Shown here piece after piece: positions 1-10,027 of a DNA stretch of 64,000 bases (position 1 is its first letter; every line of letters begins with the position of its first letter). The notes beneath the pieces were generated by a model, which was not told where the DNA came from, searched no databases, and saw only the letters and a program-made list of their open reading frames with translations. Position numbers and translations under genes: made by a program. This stretch comes from a virus, in the IMG/VR virus record IMGVR_UViG_3300033485_000003, positions 1 to 64,000 of that record; one strand, given 5' to 3'.

Positions 1-625
1 CCTTTTCTGGTGCTACAGTGTCCGCCTTCGATGCGCGCTCGGAAAAATCTGCGCGCTTGTGCTTGCACATGATTCGATTGCCGCGGTTATCGTTGAGCTC
101 CTTCAGCGGACGGAGTACCACGCCTTCCGCCTTCTTGTCAATGCCACATCCGTTACGGATGGCTTGGCGGCTGGGTCGGTCGCGTTCGGCGTCCAAAGAC
201 TCTTGATTTGTAGAGACCTTTTCATAGGCGACGAATTCCAGTCCCATCGCCAATGCCAGTCGCTCCGCTACGGGCACATCGCACCACTTGTCGCCAATGC
301 GGACGTCGAACACGACGAACTTCGGTGTTACGCCGTAAGTCTCGGACATGCGCTGCATCTTGCCGCCGTATGCTTCTCCGTAAAGCGTGATGTCTGTGCA
401 GCCGCGCTCTCGGAACAACCCCAGGAGCTTGGCTTCGTCGAAAATCTTCAGAAAGGTCTCGCGCTTCTCCCCGCCCGAGAAGAAAATGAGATTTTCTGGT
501 TCTGTTGGTGTGTTTCTATATCCTACATGTGCGGAAGTTCCATGCACTTTCTCGAGCGCGTAGCACTCGCGGAACATTTGGATTGTATTGTCTTTGTACA
601 AATTTGAAATATGCATGTACCCCAT
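1..625 (-). CDS. RNA ligase, Rnl2-like nucleotidyltransferase (3' end runs off the window)
   Basis: Hand-translated and absent from the ORF track. MGYMHISNLYK... with motifs I EKVHGT, III YGEAYG, IIIa FVVFDV, IV EGVVLRP and V KHK. AGGAG SD at 633-637. Confidence 0.85.
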   Translation of the reverse strand, partial: MGYMHISNLYKDNTIQMFRECYALEKVHGTSAHVGYRNTPTEPENLIFFSGGEKRETFLKIFDEAKLLGLFRERGCTDITLYGEAYGGKMQRMSETYGVTPKFVVFDVRIGDKWCDVPVAERLALAMGLEFVAYEKVSTNQESLDAERDRPSRQAIRNGCGIDKKAEGVVLRPLKELNDNRGNRIMCKHKRADFSERASKADTVAPEK

Positions 626-639
626 GTGATTACTCCTTC

Positions 640-1017
640 TTACATCTGAGTGGATTTCAGAAATTCTTCCAGAGCCATACCACCATATTGGCCGGCCGTC
701 AACCACAATTTCACCATAGATGGCGTGCGGGGGTTATCTTCGACTCCACGTCGGACATCATACGTCTTGTCTTGTGCCAATTCCATCAGCGTCTCGACTG
801 GGGTATTGTCGTTCGTGGCCACGCCCCACCGCACTCGCAATGCTGGATCCTTCGACAATCTCACCAACACATGTACCGGTGTAGAGAGATTGCCGGCGAC
901 CTCCCATCGGACGCCTTCATCTTCGTCGTACGACAATTCTTCCAACAGTTCCGGCGCCGTGTGGGGATCTCTAGCCAGAGCAAATTTAACGTATATGTCG
1001 TAGGTTATTTTAGCCAC
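640..1017 (-). CDS. LRV/HEAT-like helical repeat protein with shared C-terminal tag
   Basis: ~24-aa repeats (NxxTPxxxLxxLxxDxxxxVRxxVA). Ends KLWLTAGQYGGMALEEFL. GTG at 1017 preferred over the track start at 1038. Confidence 0.75.
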   Translation of the reverse strand: MAKITYDIYVKFALARDPHTAPELLEELSYDEDEGVRWEVAGNLSTPVHVLVRLSKDPALRVRWGVATNDNTPVETLMELAQDKTYDVRRGVEDNPRTPSMVKLWLTAGQYGGMALEEFLKSTQM

Positions 1018-1297
1018 GGTCGCCGCCCAAGGTCGCATTCAAAAAGTCGGCTAGCGGCATGTTGTATCCATCTGATCGCGCCCACACTCGAGCCATTTGA
1101 GTAATCTCCGGCTCCCGAAAAGGGCCCGACACTGAAGGGGTGGCTCGATAGACAGATGGCGGGTCTCCTTCAAGGTCGCCCCACTCCATCATATAGACGA
1201 CGCCGTTGTACTCGAAGCCGGAGTCGTCCAACGCCCAAATTGCGACCCTCGGCGGCAAATCGGCTTTTCTGAATCTGAGGTTTTTGTCAATCACCAC
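1010..1297 (-). CDS. Hypothetical protein with shared C-terminal tag
   Basis: 95-aa ORF directly after a sigma70-type promoter. Ends RVWARSDGYNMPLADFL. Confidence 0.7.
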   Translation of the reverse strand: MVIDKNLRFRKADLPPRVAIWALDDSGFEYNGVVYMMEWGDLEGDPPSVYRATPSVSGPFREPEITQMARVWARSDGYNMPLADFLNATLGGDRG

Positions 1298-1300
1298 CTC

Positions 1301-1329
1301 AATATACCACGGCGCGACACACTTGCCAA
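1301..1329 (-). promoter_or_regulatory. Sigma70-type early promoter
   Basis: TTGGCA-N17-TATATT with extended TGG, divergent from the late module. Confidence 0.7.
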
Positions 1330-1342
1330 CGTCTCATGCTAC

Positions 1343-1354
1343 AATCTTAACCAT
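1343..1354 (+). promoter_or_regulatory. Putative late promoter AATCTT-N5-T abutting ATG
   Basis: caatcttaaccat|ATG. Same motif and spacing at 2127, 7779, 15295, 19370 and 22132. Confidence 0.7.
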
Positions 1355-2119
1355 ATGACACCTAAAATCGGTTCCGCCGCCACCAAACTCATCAACACCG
1401 CCGTCGCCCAACTTTTCGCCCGTATCCGCGCGCAAGTGCTTGGACGCAAGCGGCCAGACAAAGACATTGCTTTCCGATACAACCCCGACTGGACACTGAC
1501 AGGAATTTTCGACGCCGCAGCACGTTCAGAAGGCGCCAAGCCAGATCAAACCACGCTCCGAGGGCTGTTGGACGTGGCCGAGTCGTACCTGGACGCCGCC
1601 GAAGCGCGTACCAAGGCCCACATTGGACAAACGATTCAAAGCTTCTTGCAGGACGCGGCCACCAAACACATCGAAACCAATTTGGTGACGGTGCTGGAGG
1701 GGCGTCTGGCGACCGTCTTTGGAGATGTCACCCGCGACGTGCGCCGCATCGTCGAGACCGAGAGTTCCATCGTCCGGAACATGTCCATCATGGATGGTAT
1801 TATCAAGGGTAACGCCTTGGCTGGCGTGGAAGACCCTACGATTTGTTTTATTTCCGTCAATGACATGCACAGGTGCGACGAATGCCGGAATCTCCACACC
1901 CTGACGGATGGTATCACGCCCAGACTGTGGAGGTTGTCTCAGATTGAAACCGGTTACCACAAAAAAGGTAGTCAGTTTCCTTCGATGTCTGGTCTGCACC
2001 CACATTGTAGGTGTCAACCTACCACCATTATGCCGGGATACGGATTTGACACCAACGGCCGAGTGGAGTATAAACATCCCGGTTTCGATGCGTATCTAGA
2101 TCAACGCCGCAACGTCTGA
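1355..2119 (+). CDS. Head morphogenesis protein (Mu gpF / SPP1 gp7-like)
   Basis: RRIVETE, D.HRCDEC and terminal HPHCRC motif typical of the family. Confidence 0.75.
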   Translation: MTPKIGSAATKLINTAVAQLFARIRAQVLGRKRPDKDIAFRYNPDWTLTGIFDAAARSEGAKPDQTTLRGLLDVAESYLDAAEARTKAHIGQTIQSFLQDAATKHIETNLVTVLEGRLATVFGDVTRDVRRIVETESSIVRNMSIMDGIIKGNALAGVEDPTICFISVNDMHRCDECRNLHTLTDGITPRLWRLSQIETGYHKKGSQFPSMSGLHPHCRCQPTTIMPGYGFDTNGRVEYKHPGFDAYLDQRRNV

Positions 2120-2126
2120 CGAGGTC

Positions 2127-2138
2127 AATCTTCTCACT
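2127..2138 (+). promoter_or_regulatory. Putative late promoter AATCTT-N5-T
   Basis: caatcttctcact|ATG. Confidence 0.7.
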
Positions 2139-5100
2139 ATGGCCACCCCAACGCCCCGCAGTTACTCTCAAGCCTTGTCGGATCTTCTCGGAACCTTTTT
2201 GGCGGAGAAGAATCTCCCGACATTGCAAGTCGGCAATCCCCTTTTGTCGATTTTTGAGGCTGCGGCCCGGAGCGACGTACGTTCCAGTCAAGACATCTTC
2301 AACGCCCTGTCGAGCATTGACCTGGACCGCGCCACGGGGCAAACGCTCGACCTCATCGGACTTAGCGAAGACCTCCCTCGCTTCGAATTATTCCCCTCCA
2401 GCGGGGTTATTACGGTCGGCGACAGTTCGTTTGTCAAGACATCCACAAAGATCTTCCCCGGACTCCCGCCCCCTATCGTCGGAGCCAATCAACTCTTCGT
2501 TTCCGACGCCACTGGATTCGGTGCGAGCGGGAGCTTGTATATCGGCCGCGGTACCACCAACGCTGAAGGTCCACTGACGTTTATCGGAGTGGTGGCCGGA
2601 GCTGGATTTTGGACCATCACGCTTGCGCCGGGACACGAAACCACCAGATATCACAACCTCAACGAATCCGTGACCCTAGCCTGCGGTGGCGACCGCGCCA
2701 TTCCGGCTGGGACCGTGGTGCAAACGACTCAAGGTACGATGTCTAGCGCGGTGCAGTTCAAGACCAACTACGCCGCCACCCTGCCAGACGGAGAAACATC
2801 CGTCAGCGGCATTGGCGTCATCGCTTCTACATACGGCACCGTAGGAAACGTCATCGTCGGAGCTGTCAACTCCTTTCTTAGCGCGCCATTCGTTGGGGCT
2901 ACCGTTACCAATCCGTCGCCATTCTCCAATGGTGTTGATGTCGAGCGAGACGACCCATACCGTGAGCGCATTCGTGCTGCGCGTAAGTCGAAGCGTCTGG
3001 GTACCGATCTGGCTCTCAAGACGTTTTTGACTGGGATCGTTTCTCCGGACGAGAACAAGAGGGCGTCGTCGGTTTCGGTTGTGCGTCGTGCAGGATCGCC
3101 CACGACCGTGTATGTCGACGATGGCACCGGCTACGAAGAGACCTCGTCCGGCGTAGCGATCGAGAGTCTTACCGATGAGGCGGTCGGCGGAGAGAAGTAC
3201 TTTCAGCTCGTCCAGAAGCCCGTCGCCAAGGCGACGGCGCAAGCCCTGTCTTACGCTCCATACGACGTGTCTGGAGCGCCTATTCTGGCGGTCGAAGTCG
3301 GCGGGGTGCTTTCCCAGCACTCCTTCAGCGACTCTGAATTTCGCGCGGCCGCTTCGGCTTCAGCGTACGAAGTGGTGGCCTCCATTAATGGAAACTCCAG
3401 TTTGACATTTGGTGCTAGAACCACCGACGGCGGCAGCCGGGTGGCGTTGTTCGCCAAATCCGACACCAACGAAGATGTCGCCGTGGTTGTTCCTGCGGCC
3501 GGGACGGATGCGAATGTTGTATTGGGGTTTGCATCTGGCCGCAATGACACCGTTAGGCTGTACTTGAACGATCGACCACTATCTAAGGATGGTGCCGTAG
3601 CGGAGTTGCGCTCCAACCCGTCGGGATTGTGGTCGCCGATGACGTCTCCGGTGACATTTGCCATCCAGGTAGACAGTATCGACGTTCCTACTTCTCCGGC
3701 CAACACGTATTCCATCACCGACCAAGACTTTGTCAATGCAGCTACTGGATATCAGACTGTCGCCGCCACCAACTCTTTGGCGTCGTGGGCTGCAGTGTTG
3801 AATTACCGCATCCCCGGTATCACCGCCCGTGTGGACGGCGGAGTGATTGTATTGTCTAGCAACAAGGGTGGAACTGCACAATCCAAGTTGGTTATTGAAG
3901 GATGCGGACTCACTACGGCCGGCATGTTTGCTACTGGAACCGCCACGGGTGCCGATTTCGATTATTTGCTTGACCGCAGCCTGGGGCAATTAAGCCTGGT
4001 CGACTCCAAAGTGTTGTCGGCAGGCGACCAGTTGACTGTCGGTAGCGCCACCACGCGAGCGTTCTTGGAGAGCCAATCGGTCACCGACGTGACTTTTGCG
4101 GCAACAACGACAACCGTGGCCGGAGAGACCGGCGCAGAGTTCTGGTTCGTTGTTGACGGCCAGCCGACTGCGATTCCCACCGGCGTCGCCACCGGAGTTC
4201 AAATCACCGTAGTCGCAGTCATGCCAACCACTAACGTGCAATTGGTGGCGTATACATCTGCTTCTGCCATCTTCAGTAATGTGCTCGAAGGTGATTGGTT
4301 GATTGCGACCGACTCCTCCTTTTCGGCAGCCAACCGTGGGGCTTGGCGGGTTGTATCTGCGTCTCCCACGACAGTGATGGTGGAGCGGGCGTTGTCTTGG
4401 GCGGACGGACAAACCCCATTTTTGGCTAGTGGTGGTCTGTATTTTGTACGGACACCGGCGCAACTTCAGCGTGTGTGGATCGAGGATGGCACCCACTACA
4501 CGGCGAGTGTATTGGCTGACTTGCTGAGCGCCTCCCTCGATGGAGCATCGGCGAGCACATACCGTACTACACGAATTCGAGTCAGCACCAACTCGTACGG
4601 TATTGGGGATATCGCTTTGGTGGCCGCCAACAGTGAAGCAGCCAAGCTCGGATTCCCCGTCGCAACAGAGACCAATCGTGACACACATTTGGCTAGTATC
4701 GTAGCCGGCCATGACGAAACCGGCACTCCGAATTTCGGGTCTGAAGTGGTGGCTTCTACGACCGGGCCGACTTCTGCAACGCTGCCTTCTATTGGCCAGC
4801 AGTCTACCGGGCGCGTGGCGGTGGTTTCTAGAGCGGAGCCGGATGCGTACACCCACCGAATCGGACATAAGGGGTTTTACACCCCGGTCACTGAAGTGTC
4901 TGGCGCTACCATTACGACCCGCACCGGCCCAACCGAGTGGATGCTTGGCGACAGGCTGTACGCGGCTTCTCCGTACGCACTAACCGGAGATGACACCTTA
5001 GGCGTGGTCGTTGACGGAGATGAGACCTCTGGACGTTACATTTGCCAGATGTACCGTCGCGTAGCCCCCGGCAGCGCTTTTTACGGCACCACAAACGATC

Positions 5101-7763
5101 TCAAGGACAGAGAAAACGGCAACGCCAGCCTGGCTCAAGTATTCGGCACCACGATGCAGTGGAACGACTGGATGGTTGTCATGGCGGCGAGGGCCAAGTC
5201 GCACGGAACGCCAGACAACAACAAAACAATGTTGTGGCGTTATCGCCGTCTCGGTGCCGATGGGAACACCGCGAGAATTCAGTACATATATCCCGCGGAG
5301 CCAAATGCGACGGCGGTGTCTTTTACCGACGCTACGACCGACGCCTATACCGACGTTACTGTCGCTCTACCTTCTGGGGCGGCGCGCACTGGAATCGCCG
5401 TCACCAATGCGACCAAACTGGGCGTCACGTCCGTACTTTACGGCTCCGGACTGTACACGTACACATACGTCTTCAATTTGCCCATCGCTTCCGCCGCTCG
5501 TGTAACCGATATAACGACATTGCAGCTGACGCTTCCGCCCGGAGTTGTGGATCACGGCTTGGTGGCCGGCAACCGGATTTACGTGGCCTGCAACGGAGCT
5601 GGCGGAGCCGCCGGGTTCAGTTCTGGAGTGTACACTATCGCCAGCACGCCGACCGCGACGAGCCTGACGTATTCGGAAGCGGGCACCGATACCACCGGTA
5701 TCAATATCGGTACGACCAGCTGCGATAACGCCGAGGCTCGACTGGGGGCTTCTACTGTCGTCGTAGGCGATGTTGTTTCAGTCGGCACTAACGCCTCCCT
5801 CCTGACCGACTTCAAACGTCCGGTGAAGGTCTTGTCTGTGGCTGACGGGTACTTTACTACACACGTGCCGACTCCGTCTACGGCCGTCTTCGGTGTGTTG
5901 AGCTGGGGTGCAATCAATTCCACCGCCAATATCTCGGCGTTCCCATTGTCTGGTAACGGCATCGTAGCCATCGCGGCCGCCATTAACGCCCAAGCTTCAA
6001 GCGCCGTCAGCGCGGTGGCGGTAGGCGATGGAGCTGCGGTTAATGGAACAATCGACTACGCCACCTACGAACTCTCCCCAAACGGACTCGACGGTACGAA
6101 CCCTTGGTATTATTTGTCGGATGGGGTGAATTACATCAGAAGTCACACGACACCGGGAAGCCCTAGCGTGGACTTCAACTTCACCTTCAAGAATTCAATC
6201 AACACCACCCTCGCCACCAACAGCGACTGGGCCAATGAAGATGTACGACTTGTACCACAATTAGCCACACATGTAGTAGACTATCTCAATACGTCCGCCC
6301 CGGGCGCCCTGTTTGCCAGCGCGACGATTGAGATCAGTGGGAAGCGTCCACAAATCACAACCAAGTCGCCCGGCTCTATCGGAAGTGTACAGTGTCAGGG
6401 TGGGTCCGCCAACGCCCTTGTCGCCGCCGTCAAAGGGGCAGCGGCTCAGGTAGCGACAAACTACTCGGCCGTGACAATCGCCACCAGCGACGCTATCGGA
6501 CTGAGCACCGGACATTGGGTGAAAGCGCAGAATCAAACCACCACTTCGAAGGTGCGCGTGACAAGCGCTACGGCTCTGACGTCCATCTCTCCGACTGGCG
6601 ACGTGGTGTGGAGCGGCACTAGGGCGTGGCAGGCGGCTAATACAGCACAAGCAATCATTCCTGGGGAAACCTGGCAATTTGAGCGCCAAGGCGACTTCAT
6701 CGCGGTCAGCAGTGCGGTTTCGAGTAGTTTGCTGACTGGAGTCAAAGAGGGAGATTGGGTCCACATTTCATCAGAAGTCTCAAATCCAACACATATCAAC
6801 CCAGCCAGCTTCGTGTCGGCCGCGAACCAAGGTTTATTTCGAGTCGTGCGTATTGACTCTACACTGAAGACTTTTTGGGTGGAAAACATCAACGCCTTGG
6901 AAGAAATTCAGGTAGCCGACATCGCGTTTTTGACGTACGACTCAATTGTACCAGGCGATCAGCTGGTTATCGGGTATCAGGGGTGGGGTACAGCCAACCT
7001 CGGAACCTGGACGGTGGAGTCCATCGACCTATCGACATACAACTCGACCTACACGAACAATACGTACAAGTTTAAGTTGTCGGTCGCAGACAAGGCGCCA
7101 ACGGCGGCCGGTCCAGTGGCGGCACTAGGAGTAAGCAATGCGGCTCTAGTGCGTGTGATTGAAGGGTCTGCCAGTCACCTCTTCAAGCGTGTATACGCCA
7201 TCGCCACGAATTCGACCGATCCGACGTTGTCGACTGTCAAATTCAATACATGGGATGGTTCCGACAAACTTGGAGAGTCTACTCTAACTACACTCGTTTC
7301 TTTGGATAAGCTCGCCTTTCCCGGAGCTACAGCTGTAGGCGCAGATGGCTACCGATACAATACGGGCCTTGTCGGGGAAGCAGCCAAGAAAGCCTTCGGT
7401 GTGGATTCCGATCCGACGACTTACCCGGGGATCGCATCCGCTGGAAAGAACATCAACTTCAGCGGCCCGGTAGTCCGGCGTGTGACGGTTAGTCTGGCTA
7501 TTCGAATGAGAAGTGGGGTTTCCGCTAACGTCAAATCCCGCATTCAATCTGCAGTTGCCGCCAAGATCAACTCGACACCAATCGGCCAATCAATCGCCAT
7601 TTCAGATATCGTTGCCTCGGCACAGTCCGTCAATGGGGTTGTGTCCGTTGTGGTGCTCAGCCCCACATATTCCGCCGGCCAAGATATGATCTCAGTACAG
7701 CCGATGGAAAAGCCGATGGTGCTGAGCATCGATCAAGACGTCAGCGTCTCGTTCGTGGGATAG
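2139..7763 (+). CDS. Giant baseplate J-like wedge protein (1874 aa)
   Basis: N-terminal ATGQTLD, IPAGTVV, G..GNV and GVDVERDDPYRERI; C-terminal IGQSIAISDIV...VNGV. Both are typical of baseplate J, with ~1400 aa of beta-rich insertion between. Confidence 0.8.
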   Translation: MATPTPRSYSQALSDLLGTFLAEKNLPTLQVGNPLLSIFEAAARSDVRSSQDIFNALSSIDLDRATGQTLDLIGLSEDLPRFELFPSSGVITVGDSSFVKTSTKIFPGLPPPIVGANQLFVSDATGFGASGSLYIGRGTTNAEGPLTFIGVVAGAGFWTITLAPGHETTRYHNLNESVTLACGGDRAIPAGTVVQTTQGTMSSAVQFKTNYAATLPDGETSVSGIGVIASTYGTVGNVIVGAVNSFLSAPFVGATVTNPSPFSNGVDVERDDPYRERIRAARKSKRLGTDLALKTFLTGIVSPDENKRASSVSVVRRAGSPTTVYVDDGTGYEETSSGVAIESLTDEAVGGEKYFQLVQKPVAKATAQALSYAPYDVSGAPILAVEVGGVLSQHSFSDSEFRAAASASAYEVVASINGNSSLTFGARTTDGGSRVALFAKSDTNEDVAVVVPAAGTDANVVLGFASGRNDTVRLYLNDRPLSKDGAVAELRSNPSGLWSPMTSPVTFAIQVDSIDVPTSPANTYSITDQDFVNAATGYQTVAATNSLASWAAVLNYRIPGITARVDGGVIVLSSNKGGTAQSKLVIEGCGLTTAGMFATGTATGADFDYLLDRSLGQLSLVDSKVLSAGDQLTVGSATTRAFLESQSVTDVTFAATTTTVAGETGAEFWFVVDGQPTAIPTGVATGVQITVVAVMPTTNVQLVAYTSASAIFSNVLEGDWLIATDSSFSAANRGAWRVVSASPTTVMVERALSWADGQTPFLASGGLYFVRTPAQLQRVWIEDGTHYTASVLADLLSASLDGASASTYRTTRIRVSTNSYGIGDIALVAANSEAAKLGFPVATETNRDTHLASIVAGHDETGTPNFGSEVVASTTGPTSATLPSIGQQSTGRVAVVSRAEPDAYTHRIGHKGFYTPVTEVSGATITTRTGPTEWMLGDRLYAASPYALTGDDTLGVVVDGDETSGRYICQMYRRVAPGSAFYGTTNDLKDRENGNASLAQVFGTTMQWNDWMVVMAARAKSHGTPDNNKTMLWRYRRLGADGNTARIQYIYPAEPNATAVSFTDATTDAYTDVTVALPSGAARTGIAVTNATKLGVTSVLYGSGLYTYTYVFNLPIASAARVTDITTLQLTLPPGVVDHGLVAGNRIYVACNGAGGAAGFSSGVYTIASTPTATSLTYSEAGTDTTGINIGTTSCDNAEARLGASTVVVGDVVSVGTNASLLTDFKRPVKVLSVADGYFTTHVPTPSTAVFGVLSWGAINSTANISAFPLSGNGIVAIAAAINAQASSAVSAVAVGDGAAVNGTIDYATYELSPNGLDGTNPWYYLSDGVNYIRSHTTPGSPSVDFNFTFKNSINTTLATNSDWANEDVRLVPQLATHVVDYLNTSAPGALFASATIEISGKRPQITTKSPGSIGSVQCQGGSANALVAAVKGAAAQVATNYSAVTIATSDAIGLSTGHWVKAQNQTTTSKVRVTSATALTSISPTGDVVWSGTRAWQAANTAQAIIPGETWQFERQGDFIAVSSAVSSSLLTGVKEGDWVHISSEVSNPTHINPASFVSAANQGLFRVVRIDSTLKTFWVENINALEEIQVADIAFLTYDSIVPGDQLVIGYQGWGTANLGTWTVESIDLSTYNSTYTNNTYKFKLSVADKAPTAAGPVAALGVSNAALVRVIEGSASHLFKRVYAIATNSTDPTLSTVKFNTWDGSDKLGESTLTTLVSLDKLAFPGATAVGADGYRYNTGLVGEAAKKAFGVDSDPTTYPGIASAGKNINFSGPVVRRVTVSLAIRMRSGVSANVKSRIQSAVAAKINSTPIGQSIAISDIVASAQSVNGVVSVVVLSPTYSAGQDMISVQPMEKPMVLSIDQDVSVSFVG

Positions 7764-7778
7764 CCAGTCGGGTAGCCC

Positions 7779-7790
7779 AATCTTTGGGGT
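7779..7790 (+). promoter_or_regulatory. Putative late promoter AATCTT-N5-T
   Basis: caatctttggggt|ATG, identical to the copy at 15295. Confidence 0.7.
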
Positions 7791-8273
7791 ATGCCAGTAG
7801 TCTTCCCGCAACCACTACCGCCGCTGCCAGACGCGACTCTTACGAGTCGCGGCGCAGTCAACAACGCCGCGCCACCACAAATCGCGCTGTCTAATCTGTC
7901 TCCGGCCGGAGCCGCCGTCAACGACTCCGTGGTTTGGAGTGGGACCGCGTGGGTGCCGCAAGCAGCTTCAGCTCTGGCTGCGGACAACAAAAATATGGTC
8001 GCTAGACTGACCACAGGGGATGGCCAGCTGGCATGCAATCTCCCGGTGGCCGCCGCAACCGTTCCGGGTTGGGTGGTAGTGGCGGTCAACGGCGTTACAG
8101 TCGAGGTCGGGGACGGCGTAAAGACGCTTGAGTGCTACTTCAGCAAGGATGGCGGCACGACGGCGACCACATACGGTGCACTAACTTCTGCAGACTATCT
8201 GTATTGGAACGGGTCTATCGCAGGATACCAGTTAGATACTACTGATACTATTGATTTTACTTATTTAGGATAA
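7791..8273 (+). CDS. Virion structural protein (fibre-associated)
   Basis: Late-module position. Its C-terminal domain is paralogous to the C-terminus of the next ORF. Confidence 0.6.
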   Translation: MPVVFPQPLPPLPDATLTSRGAVNNAAPPQIALSNLSPAGAAVNDSVVWSGTAWVPQAASALAADNKNMVARLTTGDGQLACNLPVAAATVPGWVVVAVNGVTVEVGDGVKTLECYFSKDGGTTATTYGALTSADYLYWNGSIAGYQLDTTDTIDFTYLG

Positions 8274-8277
8274 CACT

Positions 8278-9462
8278 ATGCCTAAAGTCGCTGGAAAGCA
8301 AGTCAAAAACAACAGCATCACTTCGACGCAAGTGAACGGTTCTATCGCCGTTACTGGTAGTACCAACACGTTTGGTGCGTCGCAGAATATGGGTGGATTC
8401 AACATCACCAACCTTCCATCTGTTCCAGGATCGGGAGACTCGGCCGCCTGCAAAACTTATGTCGATACGACCGTAGCAGCGGTAGCCCAGGGGTTAGATC
8501 CGAAAGCCTCGGTACGCGCAGCCACCGCCACTAGCCTTCCACCTTACGTCCGTACCGGGAATACTATCAATGGCACAGCCGTTCCACTAGGTGTGGTCGA
8601 CGACGTCACATTAGTCGCTGGAGTTGATCGAGTTTTGGTCCAGCACGGGGCGAGCGGGGCCGACAACGGCATTTACGACGTCGTACAGGTTACGTCTCCA
8701 TATATTTTGACACGTTCGCCAGACGCCGACACTTCAGCTAAAGTCACTAACGGCATGTGGTGTTTTGCTACGGCTGGCACAGCCAACGGACTGAAGGGTT
8801 GGGTGTTGGTTACACAAGATCCAATCGTACTCAATACAACAGAATTAACTTTTAGTCAGTCCTCGCAATCCCCGCCGATCGCCTACGGAAATGTCACTGC
8901 CATTTCTGTCGGCGGCAACAACGTCAACGGCGTGGCCGATTCAGCCTCTCATTCCGACCATGTACACGGCTTAGCAGCTGCAGTTCCGGGGGCTGTAGCT
9001 GTGGCAGATGTCGTTGGTGAGGGTACAGCCAACTCTGTAGCTCGCTCAGATCACCGACATAGTGTAGCTCGAGGAACTCCAGTCAATGTAGGTACGGCCA
9101 ATGCAGCTGGTACTGGAGTTGACTTCGCGGCGGGCAACCACGTCCACGCTTCCCCTAAATTGAACGTTGGCAATAAAAATATGGCCTGCATTGTCACCAC
9201 CAACAATGGCGACAAGGCCACCAACACTACAATCGCCACAGCCAACGCCCTCGGAGCCAACATAGCTATCACACTCAATGGTTTGGATTTGTACGTCACA
9301 GAAACCAACTCCGGGGAATGCTATATCGGACAAGGAGACACTTCGACGGCCAGAGCTTTTTCGGCGGTTGTGCCCGGAGATACTGTTCGCTGGAACCAAA
9401 GTGTAGCCGGCTTCAATCTTGAAACTACGGACGTACTCAATGTCCACTACCTCAGCTTCTAA
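8278..9462 (+). CDS. Tail fibre-like structural protein
   Basis: AACKTYVD...QGLDPKASVRAAT, DRVLV..NGIY and repeated SDHVH/SDHRH/GNHVH motifs. Confidence 0.65.
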   Translation: MPKVAGKQVKNNSITSTQVNGSIAVTGSTNTFGASQNMGGFNITNLPSVPGSGDSAACKTYVDTTVAAVAQGLDPKASVRAATATSLPPYVRTGNTINGTAVPLGVVDDVTLVAGVDRVLVQHGASGADNGIYDVVQVTSPYILTRSPDADTSAKVTNGMWCFATAGTANGLKGWVLVTQDPIVLNTTELTFSQSSQSPPIAYGNVTAISVGGNNVNGVADSASHSDHVHGLAAAVPGAVAVADVVGEGTANSVARSDHRHSVARGTPVNVGTANAAGTGVDFAAGNHVHASPKLNVGNKNMACIVTTNNGDKATNTTIATANALGANIAITLNGLDLYVTETNSGECYIGQGDTSTARAFSAVVPGDTVRWNQSVAGFNLETTDVLNVHYLSF

Positions 9463-9470
9463 AGGGCGAC

Positions 9471-10025
9471 ATGCCGAAGCTACCTCTTAAACAACTAGCT
9501 CAAGGTGGGGCGGCTACCGGAAATCCGGTCACGTGGAACGGCACTAAATACGCCCCAGGTACATCCGTTGCTGCCGCCGATATACACAATACAAATGGAT
9601 CTGGTGGCTCCGATATTTGCGTCAAAGCTGGCACTTCTGTAGCCGACGCATCCGTTAGTGCGACAGCAAAAATATTCAGTGCTAGAACAGCCATAGGAGG
9701 GACAGAGGTAGAATATTTTGGCGTCACTAAAGCCGGCATTACGTGTGGAGTTATTAACCAGCAAGGCACCGACTCATCGGCCACCCCAGGGAATGCTACC
9801 ATCAACAAAACATGCGGGATTTCTGCCATTTTGGCCAACAACTCGTACGTCACCATTACAAACTCTCTAGCGGCAACAGCAAGTCGCATCCTTGTGACTT
9901 GGTATGGGGACCACGGGGCGGCGCGCTGGTGGGTGGTTCGCGCGGCCGGGTCTTTTACTGTCGTACTATCCTCTACGGCGTCGGCCAATACACCTTTTGG
10001 TTGGGAAGTTAGCTCCCTTTCTTAG
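9471..10025 (+). CDS. Fibre-associated structural protein
   Basis: Carries the PGNAT..GISAI..W.GD.GA.R.W..R..GSFTV module also found in the next two ORFs. Confidence 0.6.
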   Translation: MPKLPLKQLAQGGAATGNPVTWNGTKYAPGTSVAAADIHNTNGSGGSDICVKAGTSVADASVSATAKIFSARTAIGGTEVEYFGVTKAGITCGVINQQGTDSSATPGNATINKTCGISAILANNSYVTITNSLAATASRILVTWYGDHGAARWWVVRAAGSFTVVLSSTASANTPFGWEVSSLS

Positions 10026-10027
10026 CC

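Noticed and set aside
18-1104. + strand ORFs of 182 and 199 aa
   Set aside because: Antisense shadows of the RNA ligase and LRV genes, which carry motifs and SD sites.
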